61,443 bases of DNA, taken from the NCBI GenBank assembly GCA_023428085.1, contig JAEYZK010000262.1, forward strand, positions 1 through 61,443, given 5' to 3'. The notes beneath the pieces are model-generated. The model was not told the DNA's origin. It searched no databases and saw nothing but the letters and a program-made list of their open reading frames with translations. This stretch comes from Pseudomonadota bacterium. Its GTDB lineage: Bacteria > Myxococcota > Myxococcia > Myxococcales > Anaeromyxobacteraceae. Positions within the stretch are counted from its first letter, which is position 1; each line of letters begins with the position of its first letter. Shown here in pieces: positions 28,309 through 37,811 of the stretch. Made by a program: the position numbers and the translations under genes.

Positions 28309-28806
28309 ATGGCCCTCTGGAACAACAAGCAGGAGACGATGCCCTCGGTGGAGCCCGGCCCGGTTCCGGGTCGCTTCACCCAGATCCCGCCCACCCGCCA
28401 GGAGGAGGTCACGCCGCCTCCTGCACGCCGCGAGGAGCCGGTGCCGGCCGCAGGCGCGCCGTCGAGCGACCTCTTGCTCGGCCCCGGCGCCGAGTTCGAC
28501 GGGAAGCTCACCTTCCGCGGCACGCTCCGGATCGACGCCAAGTTCACGGGCTCGATCGTCACCGACGACGTCCTCATCGTCGGCGAGCACGCGCGCATGG
28601 ACGCCGAGCTCACCTGCGGCTCGGTCGTGATCCACGGCGAGGTGAACGGAAACGTCCGCGCCACCGGCGCGGTCGAGCTGCGCCACACCGCGAAGCTGCG
28701 CGGCGACGTCACCTCCCCGTCCCTCGTGATCGAGCGCGGTGCGCTGCTCCAGGGGACGGTGAAGCTCGGCGACAAGGACAAGGACAAGCAGGCCAGATCC
28801 AAGTAG
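28309..28806 (+). CDS. Bactofilin (polymer-forming cytoskeletal protein)
   Basis: Pro-rich N-terminus, then GAEFDGKLTFRGTLRID...GEVNGNV...GDVTSPSLVIERGA beta-helix. Confidence 0.88.
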   Translation: MALWNNKQETMPSVEPGPVPGRFTQIPPTRQEEVTPPPARREEPVPAAGAPSSDLLLGPGAEFDGKLTFRGTLRIDAKFTGSIVTDDVLIVGEHARMDAELTCGSVVIHGEVNGNVRATGAVELRHTAKLRGDVTSPSLVIERGALLQGTVKLGDKDKDKQARSK

Positions 28807-28878
28807 CCCACGGCGAGGCGCGCGTCCGCCGGCGAGGCGCGCGTCCGCCCGCCAGGCGGATCGCGACGCGAACTGCTC

Positions 28879-28920
28879 GAGCCCGCCCCCGGTCTACCGG
28901 GGTCGGGCTCTTTTCCTTTT
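28879..28920 (+). terminator. Rho-independent terminator after bactofilin
   Basis: Stem GAGCCCG-C-CCCCGGT / ACCGGGG-T-CGGGCTC followed by TTTTCCTTTT. Confidence 0.8.
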
Positions 28921-28982
28921 CGACATCCACGACTTACCCAATCGGGCACCTCGACGCACCGCAGCAGGCTCCAGAATCGCGC

Positions 28983-29042
28983 TTGACGCATCGTTTCTCG
29001 GCGTGCTATCTCGCGACAAGTTTCTCGATAATCATTTCTCGA
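28983..29042 (+). promoter_or_regulatory. Putative promoter and Rex-type operator(s) of the rex-transcarboxylase operon
   Basis: TTGACG at 28983; 18-bp imperfect palindromes TCGCGACAAGTTTCTCGA (29011-29028) and TCGATAATCATTTCTCGA (29025-29042) resembling TTGTGAA-N4-TTCACAA. Confidence 0.5.
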
Positions 29043-29828
29043 ATGGCCAACAGCGCTCCCACCCCGAGAATCCGAGAAGCCGGGTCCGCCAGCCTCCGGC
29101 GTCTCCCGCTTTACTACCGCCTCGCCCAGCACCTCCTCGCCGCCGGGGTGCGGAACGTCTCCTCGAGTCTCCTCGGCCGCGACCTCGGCCTGGACCCGAC
29201 GCAGGTGCGCAAGGACCTCGAGGCCATCGGCCTCACGGGCAAGCCCAAGGTCGGTTTCGGCGTGGCGGATCTGCTCCGGGGGATCGAGACCTTCCTCGGC
29301 TGGAATCGCCCCAAGGAGGCGGTCATCGCCGGGGCAGGCAGCCTGGGGAGCGCCCTGCTGCGATACGAACGTTTTCGCGAATACGGCATCACCATCGTTG
29401 CCGCCTTCGACACCGACCCCCAGAAGATTGGGGTGCCCATCGGTGGCAAAGAGGTCTTGCTTCTCGATTCCCTGCCGGGCCGGACGCTCCGCATGGGGGT
29501 TCAGCTCGGCATCATCGCGACCCCGCCCCAGGCCGCCCAGCGCGTCGCCGATCTGATGGTCGAGGGCGGCATCCGGGCGATCTGGAACTTCGCGCCGGTC
29601 CACCTCCGCGTCCCCGAGCACGTGGTCCTCCAGAACGAGGACCTCTGCCACTCGCTCGCCTCGCTCTCCCTGAAGCTCGCCCGTCGCGCGGCGCTGGCGG
29701 ACACCGCGCACGAGGCCTTCCCCGGCGCGACCGCCTTCTTCGAGGGCCTGGCGCTCGACGGGGCCGCCGCGCTCGCCGAGGCCGCCGCGGACGCGGCCAG
29801 CGACCCGAACACGCAGGACCAGGAGTGA
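29043..29828 (+). CDS. rex: Redox-sensing transcriptional repressor Rex
   Basis: RRLPLYYR, SS..LG, QVRKDL, GAGSLGSAL Rossmann motif, AFDTDP.KIG, IWNFAP. Confidence 0.9.
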   Translation: MANSAPTPRIREAGSASLRRLPLYYRLAQHLLAAGVRNVSSSLLGRDLGLDPTQVRKDLEAIGLTGKPKVGFGVADLLRGIETFLGWNRPKEAVIAGAGSLGSALLRYERFREYGITIVAAFDTDPQKIGVPIGGKEVLLLDSLPGRTLRMGVQLGIIATPPQAAQRVADLMVEGGIRAIWNFAPVHLRVPEHVVLQNEDLCHSLASLSLKLARRAALADTAHEAFPGATAFFEGLALDGAAALAEAAADAASDPNTQDQE

Positions 29829-29832
29829 AGTC

Positions 29833-31365
29833 ATGGCAAAGACGATCGACGTCACCGAGCTGATCCTCCGCGACGCGCATCAGAGCCTCATGGCGACGCG
29901 GATGGCGATGGAGGACATGGTCCCCGCCTGCGAGGATCTCGACAAGGCCGGGTACTGGTCCGTCGAGTGCTGGGGCGGCGCGACGTTCGACTCCTGCATC
30001 CGGTTCCTGAACGAGGACCCGTGGGAGCGGCTGCGGACCTTCCGCAAGCTCATGCCCAACACGCGGCTGCAGATGCTCCTCCGCGGCCAGAACCTGCTCG
30101 GCTACCGCCACTACGAGGACTCGGTGGTGGACCGCTTCGTGGAGAAGGCGGCCGAGAACGGGATGGACGTGTTCCGCGTCTTCGACGCGCTCAACGACAT
30201 CCGCAACCTGCGCCGGGCCATCGCCGCCGTCCGCAAGACCGGCAAGCACGCGCAGGGGACGATCTGCTACACGGTGAGCCCGCTCCACTCGACGAACGAC
30301 TTCGTCGAGCTCGCCGAGAAGCTCGTCGAGCTCGGCTGCGACTCGCTGTGCATCAAGGACATGGCGGCGCTCCTCAAGCCGCAGCCGGCCTACGACATCG
30401 TGAAGGGCATCAAGCAGGCCGTCGGCGAGGCCGTGCGCGTCCACGTGCACACGCACGCGACGACGGGCGTCACGCTGGTGAGCCTCATGAAGGCCATCGA
30501 GGCCGGCGCGGACTGCGTGGACACCGCCATCAGCTCCCTCGCCCTCGGCCCGGGCCACAACCCGACGGAGAGCCTCGTCGAGATGCTCGACGGCACCGCC
30601 TTCGAGACCCGGATCGACCGGAAGCTCCTCGTGAAGCTGAAGCGCTACTTCAACGGCGTCCGGCCCCGGTACCAGGAGTTCCTCTCCAGCTTCACCGGCG
30701 TCGAGACCGAGATCTTCGAGAGCCAGATCCCCGGCGGCATGCTCTCCAACATGGAGAGCCAGCTCAAGCAGCAGGGCGCCGCCCACCGGATCGACGAGGT
30801 GCTCGCCGAGGTCCCGAACGTGCGCAAGGACGCGGGCTACCCGCCGCTCGTCACGCCCTCGTCGCAGATCGTCGGCACCCAGGCCGTGTTCAACGTGCTG
30901 ATGGGCCGCTACAAGGTGATGACCGGCGAGTTCGCCGACCTGATGCTCGGCTACTACGGCGAGACCATGGGCTCGCGGGACCGCGCCGTGATCGCCCAGG
31001 CCGCGAAGCAGACCGGGAAGACGCCGATCAACGGCCGCCCCGCCGACCTGCTCAAGCCGGAGTGGCAGGAGCTCCGCACGGCGGCGATCGCCCTCCCCGG
31101 CTGCAACGGCTCGGACGAGGACGTGCTCACCTACGCGATGTTCCCGCAGGTGGCGCCCAAGTTCTTCGCCACCCGCGATCAGGGCCCGAAGAACCTCGGC
31201 AAGAAGCCCGCCGCCCCGGCCGCCGCGGCGGCGCCGGCCGCGGGCGCCCCCGCCGCCGAGGGCGGGAACGGCAAGGGCCCGAAGGGCCCCGTGACGAGCC
31301 CGATCACCTACGACGTGAAGCTGAACGGCCGCACGCACCGCGTGACGGTCACCCCGGCCGGCTAG
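29833..31365 (+). CDS. Methylmalonyl-CoA carboxytransferase (transcarboxylase) 5S subunit
   Basis: RDAHQSLMATRMAMEDM...GYWSVECWGGAT.DSCIRFLNEDPWERLRTFRKLMPN, as recalled for the Propionibacterium 5S subunit; IKDMA, HTH metal ligands; no fused biotin domain. Confidence 0.88.
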   Translation: MAKTIDVTELILRDAHQSLMATRMAMEDMVPACEDLDKAGYWSVECWGGATFDSCIRFLNEDPWERLRTFRKLMPNTRLQMLLRGQNLLGYRHYEDSVVDRFVEKAAENGMDVFRVFDALNDIRNLRRAIAAVRKTGKHAQGTICYTVSPLHSTNDFVELAEKLVELGCDSLCIKDMAALLKPQPAYDIVKGIKQAVGEAVRVHVHTHATTGVTLVSLMKAIEAGADCVDTAISSLALGPGHNPTESLVEMLDGTAFETRIDRKLLVKLKRYFNGVRPRYQEFLSSFTGVETEIFESQIPGGMLSNMESQLKQQGAAHRIDEVLAEVPNVRKDAGYPPLVTPSSQIVGTQAVFNVLMGRYKVMTGEFADLMLGYYGETMGSRDRAVIAQAAKQTGKTPINGRPADLLKPEWQELRTAAIALPGCNGSDEDVLTYAMFPQVAPKFFATRDQGPKNLGKKPAAPAAAAAPAAGAPAAEGGNGKGPKGPVTSPITYDVKLNGRTHRVTVTPAG

Positions 31366-31386
31366 CCCCGAGGACCCGACACCGAC

Positions 31387-32940
31387 ATGGCGAACCACAG
31401 CATGCAGGAGAGGATCGCGGAGCTCCGGAAGCGCCGCGACGAGGCGAAGCTCGGCGGCGGCGCCGACAAGCTCGAGAAGCACCGCGCGAGCGGGAAGCTC
31501 ACCGCCCGCGAGCGCGTCGACGCGCTCGTGGACGCCGGCTCCTTCGAGGAGGCCGGGATGTTCGCGCAGCACCGCGCCACGCTGTTCGGCATGGCCGACA
31601 AGGACCTGCCCGCGGACGGCGTGGTCACCGGCGCGGCGTCGATCCAGGGGCGGCTCGTCCACCTCGCGAGCCAGGACTTCACGGTCGCGGGCGGATCGGC
31701 CGGCGAGATCCACTCGACCAAGGTCGCGGAGATCATGGTCCAGTCGCTCAAGACCGGGTCGCCGTTCGTCTTCATCAACGACTCCGGCGGCGCACGCGTC
31801 CAGGAGGGCATCGACTCGCTCTCCGGGTACGGCAAGGTCTTCTACACGAACGTGATGCTGTCGGGCGCCGTCCCGCAGATCTCGCTCATCTGCGGCCCGT
31901 GCGCCGGCGGCGCGGCCTACAGCCCCGCGCTCACCGACTTCATCATCCAGACCCGCCAGGCCCAGATGTTCATCACCGGCCCGCAGGTCATCAAGAGCGT
32001 CACCGGCGAGAACGTCACCGCCGAGGCGCTGGGCGGCCCCGACGCCCACATGACGCAGTCGGGCGTCATCCACTTCGTGGCGGAGGACGACCGCCACGCG
32101 GTGGCGCTCTGCCAGAAGCTGCTCAGCTTCCTCCCCTCGAACAACCTCGAGGACCCGCCGCGCGTCGAGGGCGACACGCACGTCGATCCCAACCCGGCGC
32201 TCGACGAGATCGTCCCCGTGGACGGGAAGAAGGGCTACGACGTCCGCCAGGTGATCACCGGCGTCGTGGACTTCGGCGACTTCCTCGAGGTCCAGGCCGG
32301 CTACGCGATGAACATCGTGGTCGGCTTCGCCCGGGTCACCGGCCGGACCGTGGGCGTCATCGCCAACCAGCCGGCGGTGCAGGCGGGGGTGCTCGACATC
32401 GGCGCCTCCGACAAGGCGTCCCGCTTCATCCGCTTCTGCAACGCCTTCAACATCCCGCTCCTCACCTTCGTGGACGTGCCCGGGTTCCTCCCCGGCGTCC
32501 AGCAGGAGTACGGCGGCATCATCCGGCACGGCGCGAAGATGCTCTTCGCGTACTCCGCCGCGACGGTGCCGAAGATCACCGTCATCCTCCGCAAGAGCTA
32601 CGGCGGCGCCTACCTCGCGATGTGCGGCAAGGACCTCGGCGCGGATCGCGTCTTCGCCTGGCCGACGGCCGAGATCGCGGTGATGGGGGCGGAGGGCGCC
32701 GCCGAGATCGTCTTCCGCAAGGAGATCCAGGAGGCGGAGGACAAGAAGGCCCGCCGCAAGGAGCTCATCGAGAAGTACCGCGAGGCGTTCTCGAACCCGT
32801 ACGTGGCGGCCGGCCGGCGCCTCGTGGACGACGTCATCGAGCCCTCGGCCACGCGGCGCCACGTGGCGCACGCCCTCGAGTACCTCAACACCAAGCGCGA
32901 GCTCCGGCCCGCGAAGAAGCACGGCCTCATCCCGCTGTAG
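31387..32940 (+). CDS. Transcarboxylase 12S subunit (acyl-CoA carboxyltransferase beta family)
   Basis: GKLTARER, QDFTV.GGS, DSGGARVQEG, GPCAGGAAYSPA, DVPGFLPG, KKHG. Confidence 0.88.
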   Translation: MANHSMQERIAELRKRRDEAKLGGGADKLEKHRASGKLTARERVDALVDAGSFEEAGMFAQHRATLFGMADKDLPADGVVTGAASIQGRLVHLASQDFTVAGGSAGEIHSTKVAEIMVQSLKTGSPFVFINDSGGARVQEGIDSLSGYGKVFYTNVMLSGAVPQISLICGPCAGGAAYSPALTDFIIQTRQAQMFITGPQVIKSVTGENVTAEALGGPDAHMTQSGVIHFVAEDDRHAVALCQKLLSFLPSNNLEDPPRVEGDTHVDPNPALDEIVPVDGKKGYDVRQVITGVVDFGDFLEVQAGYAMNIVVGFARVTGRTVGVIANQPAVQAGVLDIGASDKASRFIRFCNAFNIPLLTFVDVPGFLPGVQQEYGGIIRHGAKMLFAYSAATVPKITVILRKSYGGAYLAMCGKDLGADRVFAWPTAEIAVMGAEGAAEIVFRKEIQEAEDKKARRKELIEKYREAFSNPYVAAGRRLVDDVIEPSATRRHVAHALEYLNTKRELRPAKKHGLIPL

Positions 32941-32951
32941 GAGCGCACGCC

Positions 32952-33323
32952 ATGAGAAAGCCCCAGAGGCAGGACGAGCTGGTCGCGGTCCTCGATGCGC
33001 TCCGCGCGCAGGTGGCGGAGCTCTCGGAGCGGCTCGCGAAGCTGGAGGCGGCGCGCCCCGCCGCGGCGGCCCCGGCCCCGGCGCTCGCGCCGGTGAAGCC
33101 GGCCGCCGTGGAGGCGACCCCGGCGCCGGCCGCGGCGAAGCCCGCGCCTCCCCCACCGGTCGCGCCCGGCATCACCGAGGAGGAGATCCTCGCCGTCTCC
33201 GCCGCCCTCGCGGCCTACTTCGGCGTGCGGATGCGGATCCGCTCGATCCGCCTCATGGGCTCGCCGGTCTGGGCGCAGCAGGGCCGCGTGTCGATCCAGG
33301 CTTCACACCGCTTGCACAACTGA
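32952..33323 (+). CDS. Small transcarboxylase-associated protein (coiled coil, Pro/Ala linker, epsilon/OadG-like C-terminus)
   Basis: AGGAG SD; C-terminal 'EEEILAVSAALAAYFG...WAQQGR' resembles small accessory subunits of biotin carboxylase complexes. Confidence 0.7.
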   Translation: MRKPQRQDELVAVLDALRAQVAELSERLAKLEAARPAAAAPAPALAPVKPAAVEATPAPAAAKPAPPPPVAPGITEEEILAVSAALAAYFGVRMRIRSIRLMGSPVWAQQGRVSIQASHRLHN

Positions 33324-33334
33324 GGAGAGCCACC

Positions 33335-33730
33335 GTGAAGCTGAAGGTGACCGTCGATGGGAGGACGTACGAGGTAGACGTGGAGGCGTCCGAGCCGGAG
33401 ACCCCGGCCCCCGCGCCCCCGCGTCAGTTCGTGGTCGCGCCGGCCCCGGTCCGCGTCCCGGCCGGTCCGGCGGCGCCGCCGCCCAGCGCCGCCCCGCAGG
33501 GCGCGCCGGTGGACGAGGCCAAGGTCGCGCGCAGCCCGGTCTCCGGCATCGTGGTCCGCATCGCCGCCCAGGTCGGGCAGGCGCTGCAGACCGGCGACGT
33601 CCTGATCGTGCTCGAGGCGATGAAGATGGAGACCAACATCACCGCACCGAACGCCGGCAAGATCGCCGCCATCAAGGTCAACCAGGGCGACAGCGTGCAG
33701 GCGGGCCAGGTGGTCGTGGAGTTCGAATGA
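33335..33730 (+). CDS. Biotin carboxyl carrier protein (transcarboxylase 1.3S subunit)
   Basis: N-terminal MKLKVTVDG..YEVDV; biotinylation motif EAMKM. Confidence 0.92.
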   Translation: MKLKVTVDGRTYEVDVEASEPETPAPAPPRQFVVAPAPVRVPAGPAAPPPSAAPQGAPVDEAKVARSPVSGIVVRIAAQVGQALQTGDVLIVLEAMKMETNITAPNAGKIAAIKVNQGDSVQAGQVVVEFE

Positions 33731-34197
33731 CGAGCGAGATGCAGAGCGTCCCGGGGTTCCTGTTCTTCGATCACATCGCCATCTCGGTGAAGAAGGGCGA
33801 GCTCGAGGCGCAGGTGGCGGCGTACAAGGCGATGGGGTTCCGCGAGCTGCACCGCGAGGACGTCCTCGGCACCGACCAGGTCCGCGAGGTCCTGCTCCAG
33901 GTCGGCGACGGGCCGAACCTGGTCCAGCTCCTCGAGCCGCTCAGCGACGCCTCGCCCGTGGCGAAGCAGATCGAGAAGAACGGCGGCCGCGGCGGCATCG
34001 CTCACATGGCGCTCCGCGTGAAGGACGCGAAGGTCGCCTACGACTACCTCCAGGCGAAGGGCTTCAAGCTCATCGACAAGGCGCCGCGGCCCGGATCGCG
34101 CGGCACGACCGTCTTCTTCGTCCACCCCAAGACCACCGAGGCGGTCGCGTTCGGCTACCTGCTCGAGGTCGTACAGGAGGGCACCGCCCATGCCTGA
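33727..34197 (+). CDS. mce: Methylmalonyl-CoA epimerase
   Basis: VOC fold: DHIAI, QLLEP, H.ALRV, PRPGSRG..V.FVHPK, LLEVVQ. Confidence 0.88.
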   Translation: MTSEMQSVPGFLFFDHIAISVKKGELEAQVAAYKAMGFRELHREDVLGTDQVREVLLQVGDGPNLVQLLEPLSDASPVAKQIEKNGGRGGIAHMALRVKDAKVAYDYLQAKGFKLIDKAPRPGSRGTTVFFVHPKTTEAVAFGYLLEVVQEGTAHA

Positions 34198-35590
34198 CAA
34201 GACCCCTGGCGCCGAGACCCTCGACCTGGCGAAGGAGTTCCCGCCCGTCCCCACCGCGGAGTGGGAGGCGGCGATCGCCAAGGATCTGAAGGGCGCCGAC
34301 TACGAGAAGAAGCTCGTCTGGCGGACCGAGGAGGGCATCCCGGTCCGGCCGTACTATCGAGGCGAGGCCGTGACCGGCCTCGCGCCCCAGCGCGCCGTCG
34401 GCCGCTGGGCCGTCGCCCAGGACGCGGCCCCCGGCCCGGACGCGATCCGCGCCGACCTCCTCCACGAGGCGGGCGCCCACGCCGTCCAGGAGCTGGGCTA
34501 CGCCCTCGCCGCCGGCGTCGAGCGGCTCGCGAAGCTGACCGAGAAGGAGCCGCTCGAGAAGGCGGCCCCGCAGGTCGAGTTCGTCTTCGCGGTCGGCCCG
34601 TACTACTTCACCGAGATCGCGAAGCTCCGCGCCGCGCGGCTCCTCTGGGCCCAGGCGGTCGCCGCCTTCGGCCCGGCGCCCGCCGAGGCGACGCGCATGC
34701 GGCTCGCGGTCCGCACCCCGCGCCGCAACAAGAGCGTGTTCGACCGGTACACGAACCTCCTCCGGGTCACCACCGAGGCGCTCTCGGCCGTGATCGGCGG
34801 CTGCGACCAGCTCACGGTGGAGCCGTTCGGGTTCGACCCGCACCTCGCGCTCAACGTCCAGCGGATCCTCCAGGAGGAGTCGCACCTCGACGCCGTCGCC
34901 GATCCGGCCGGCGGGTCGTACTACGTCGAGGCGCTCACCGACGCGATCGCCCGCGCCGCCTGGAAGCTGTTCCAGGACGTCGAGGCCGCGGGCGGCTGGG
35001 CGAAGGCGCTCGCCGCCGGCGCGGTCGAGAAGGCGATCGCCGAGACGCGGCAGGGCCGGGAGAAGGCGCTGTCGAGCCGTCGCCGCGCGCTCGTCGGCGT
35101 GAACAACTACCCCAACCTCACGGAGCAGGAGCCCGAGCTCGCGGCGCCCGCCGCCGCGCGGTCCGCCCTGCCCCTCCCGCAGGCGCGCATGGCGGAGCCG
35201 TTCGAGCGGATCCGGCTGCGGACGCTCGCGCACGCCAGGGCGACCGGCAAGCCCCCGAAGGTCCTCCTCCTCACCCGCGGCGACGTGAAGATGCGGGGCG
35301 CGCGCGCCGGCTTCTGCCTCAACTTCTTCGGCTGCGCGGGGTTCGAGATCTTCGAGTCCGACGCGCTGCAGGACGCCGACCTGGTCGTGCTCTGCAGCTC
35401 GGATCCCGAGTACCTCGCCCTCGCCCAGGAGGTCTGCCCCAGGGCCAAGGCCCCAGTGCTCGTGGCCGGCAACCCGAAGGACCAGCTCGACGCCCTGAAG
35501 GCCGCGGGCGTGCAGGGCTTCGTCCACGTCCAGAGCGACGCGGTCGAGACGCTCACCCACTGGCAGGACCAGCTCGGCCTGAGGCGCTGA
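34190..35590 (+). CDS. mutA: Methylmalonyl-CoA mutase small (beta) subunit, shortened form
   Basis: EFPPV..EW, W.TEEGI...[40 protein letters not shown]. Confidence 0.85.
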   Translation: MPDKTPGAETLDLAKEFPPVPTAEWEAAIAKDLKGADYEKKLVWRTEEGIPVRPYYRGEAVTGLAPQRAVGRWAVAQDAAPGPDAIRADLLHEAGAHAVQELGYALAAGVERLAKLTEKEPLEKAAPQVEFVFAVGPYYFTEIAKLRAARLLWAQAVAAFGPAPAEATRMRLAVRTPRRNKSVFDRYTNLLRVTTEALSAVIGGCDQLTVEPFGFDPHLALNVQRILQEESHLDAVADPAGGSYYVEALTDAIARAAWKLFQDVEAAGGWAKALAAGAVEKAIAETRQGREKALSSRRRALVGVNNYPNLTEQEPELAAPAAARSALPLPQARMAEPFERIRLRTLAHARATGKPPKVLLLTRGDVKMRGARAGFCLNFFGCAGFEIFESDALQDADLVVLCSSDPEYLALAQEVCPRAKAPVLVAGNPKDQLDALKAAGVQGFVHVQSDAVETLTHWQDQLGLRR

Positions 35591-35594
35591 CACC

Positions 35595-37730
35595 ATGAGA
35601 CCCGACTTCTCCAAGATCGCCTACCAGCCCCGCCCCGACGCGGCGGCCGCCGCATCCGCGCAGGGATCCGCCCAGAAGCCCTGGCTCACCGGCGAGGGCA
35701 TCCCGGTCAAGCGGTGGTACGACGCCGCCGACCTCGCGCGCCTCGAGCACCTCGAGTACGCCGCCGGCGTGCCGCCGTTCCTCCGCGGCCCGTACTCCAC
35801 GATGTACGCGATGCAGCCGTGGACCATCCGGCAGTACGCCGGCTTCTCCACCGCCGAGGAGTCGAACGCCTTCTACCGCCGCAACCTCGCGGCCGGGCAG
35901 AAGGGCCTCTCGGTCGCGTTCGACCTCGCCACGCACCGCGGCTACGACTCGGACAACGAGCGCGTGGTCGGCGACGTGGGCAAGGCGGGCGTCGCGATCG
36001 ACTCGGTCGAGGACATGAAGATCCTCTTCGACCGGATCCCGCTCGACCAGATGTCCGTGTCGATGACCATGAACGGCGCGGTGCTGCCGGTCATGGCCTT
36101 CTACATCGTCGCCGCCGCGGAGCAGGGCGTGGCGACGGAGAAGCTCTCCGGGACCATCCAGAACGACATCCTCAAGGAGTTCATGGTCCGGAACACGTAC
36201 ATCTACCCGCCGATCCCCTCGATGCGGATCATCGGCGACATCTTCCGGTACTGCTCCTCGAAGATGCCGAAGTTCAACTGCATCTCGATCAGCGGCTACC
36301 ACATGCAGGAGGCCGGCGCGACCGCCGACATCGAGCTCGGCTACACGCTCGCCGACGGCGTCGAGTACGTCCGCACCGGCATCCAGGCCGGCATGTCGGT
36401 GGACGACTTCGCCCCCCGCCTCAGCTTCTTCTGGGGCGTCGGCATGAACCACTTCATGGAGATCGCCAAGATGCGCGCCGCGCGCGTGCTCTGGGCGAAG
36501 CTCATCAAGGGGTTCGAGCCCAGGAACCCGAAGTCGATGGCGCTCCGCACCCACTCGCAGACCTCGGGCTGGAGCCTCGCCGCGCAGGACGTCTTCAACA
36601 ACGTCCCCCGCACCTGCGTGGAGGCGCTGGCGGCGGCGCTGGGCCACACGCAGTCGCTCCACACCAACGCGCTCGACGAGGCGATCGCGCTGCCGACCGA
36701 CTTCTCCGCGCGCATCGCCCGCAACACGCAGATCTACCTCCAGGAGGAGACCGGCATCACGAAGGTCGTCGATCCCTGGGCGGGCAGCTACTACGTCGAG
36801 GCGCTCACGCACCAGCTCATGCACAAGGCCTGGCACCACATCCAGGAGGTCGAGGGGCTGGGCGGAATGGCCAAGGCGATCGAGACCGGCATCCCGAAGA
36901 TGCGCATCGAGGAGGCCGCGGCGCGCCGCCAGGCGCTCATCGACTCGGGCCGCGAGACGATCGTCGGGGTGAACAAGTACCGCCTCGCCGAGGAGAAGCC
37001 GATCGACGTCCTCGTGGTGGACAACAAGGCCGTCCGCGAGTCCCAGCTCAAGCGGCTCGCGCAGGTCAAGGCGACGCGCGACGCCAAGGCGGTCGAGGCG
37101 GCGCTCCAGGCGCTCACCCAGGCCGCGGAGAAGGGCGAGGGCAACCTGCTCGAGCTGTCCGTGGACGCGGCGCGCCTGCGCGCCACCCTCGGCGAGATCT
37201 CCAGCGCGCTCGAGAAGCCGTTCGGGAGGTACCAGGCCGTGAACCGGACCATCTCCGGGGTCTACTCCTCCGAGAGCCAGGCCGACCCCGAGTTCCAGAG
37301 GGCGCAGAAGCTGGCGGCGGACTTCGCGAAGGCCGAGGGGCGCCGCCCGCGCATCCTCATGGCGAAGATGGGCCAGGACGGCCACGACCGCGGCGCGAAG
37401 GTGATCGCCACCGCCTTCGCCGACCTCGGGTTCGACGTCGACGTGGGGCCGCTCTTCCAGACGCCCCGCGAGGCGGCCCGCATGGCCGTCGAGAACGACG
37501 TCCACGTGCTCGGCGCGTCGTCGCTCGCCGGCGGGCACTCGACGCTCGTCCCGGAGGTGATCGCGGAGCTCAGGAAGCTCGGCCGCGAGGACATCCTCGT
37601 CGTCGCCGGCGGCGTGATCCCGCCGCAGGACTACGACGCGCTGTACAAGGCGGGCGTGACCGAGGTCTTCGGCCCGGGCTCGATCATCCCCATCTGCGCC
37701 CAGAAGATCCTGGCGGCGCTGATGAAGTAG
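35595..37730 (+). CDS. mutB: Methylmalonyl-CoA mutase large, B12-binding subunit
   Basis: [36 protein letters not shown]12 motif GQDGHDRG...SSLAGGH. Confidence 0.96.
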   Translation: MRPDFSKIAYQPRPDAAAAASAQGSAQKPWLTGEGIPVKRWYDAADLARLEHLEYAAGVPPFLRGPYSTMYAMQPWTIRQYAGFSTAEESNAFYRRNLAAGQKGLSVAFDLATHRGYDSDNERVVGDVGKAGVAIDSVEDMKILFDRIPLDQMSVSMTMNGAVLPVMAFYIVAAAEQGVATEKLSGTIQNDILKEFMVRNTYIYPPIPSMRIIGDIFRYCSSKMPKFNCISISGYHMQEAGATADIELGYTLADGVEYVRTGIQAGMSVDDFAPRLSFFWGVGMNHFMEIAKMRAARVLWAKLIKGFEPRNPKSMALRTHSQTSGWSLAAQDVFNNVPRTCVEALAAALGHTQSLHTNALDEAIALPTDFSARIARNTQIYLQEETGITKVVDPWAGSYYVEALTHQLMHKAWHHIQEVEGLGGMAKAIETGIPKMRIEEAAARRQALIDSGRETIVGVNKYRLAEEKPIDVLVVDNKAVRESQLKRLAQVKATRDAKAVEAALQALTQAAEKGEGNLLELSVDAARLRATLGEISSALEKPFGRYQAVNRTISGVYSSESQADPEFQRAQKLAADFAKAEGRRPRILMAKMGQDGHDRGAKVIATAFADLGFDVDVGPLFQTPREAARMAVENDVHVLGASSLAGGHSTLVPEVIAELRKLGREDILVVAGGVIPPQDYDALYKAGVTEVFGPGSIIPICAQKILAALMK

Positions 37731-37811
37731 GGCGGTAGGATCTCGGCGATCCAGCGGGGGCTGCGCCCCCGCCCCGCCGGCGCAGCCGTCACCTCGGCCA
37801 GGATCGCGAAC

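Noticed and set aside
28921..29042. Cobalamin riboswitch ahead of the B12-dependent mutase operon
   Set aside because: Leader is too short and no B12-box-like sequence is recognisable
29833..33730. Na+-pumping oxaloacetate/methylmalonyl-CoA decarboxylase or pyruvate/propionyl-CoA carboxylase
   Set aside because: No membrane beta subunit or biotin carboxylase in the operon; sequences fit transcarboxylase subunits better
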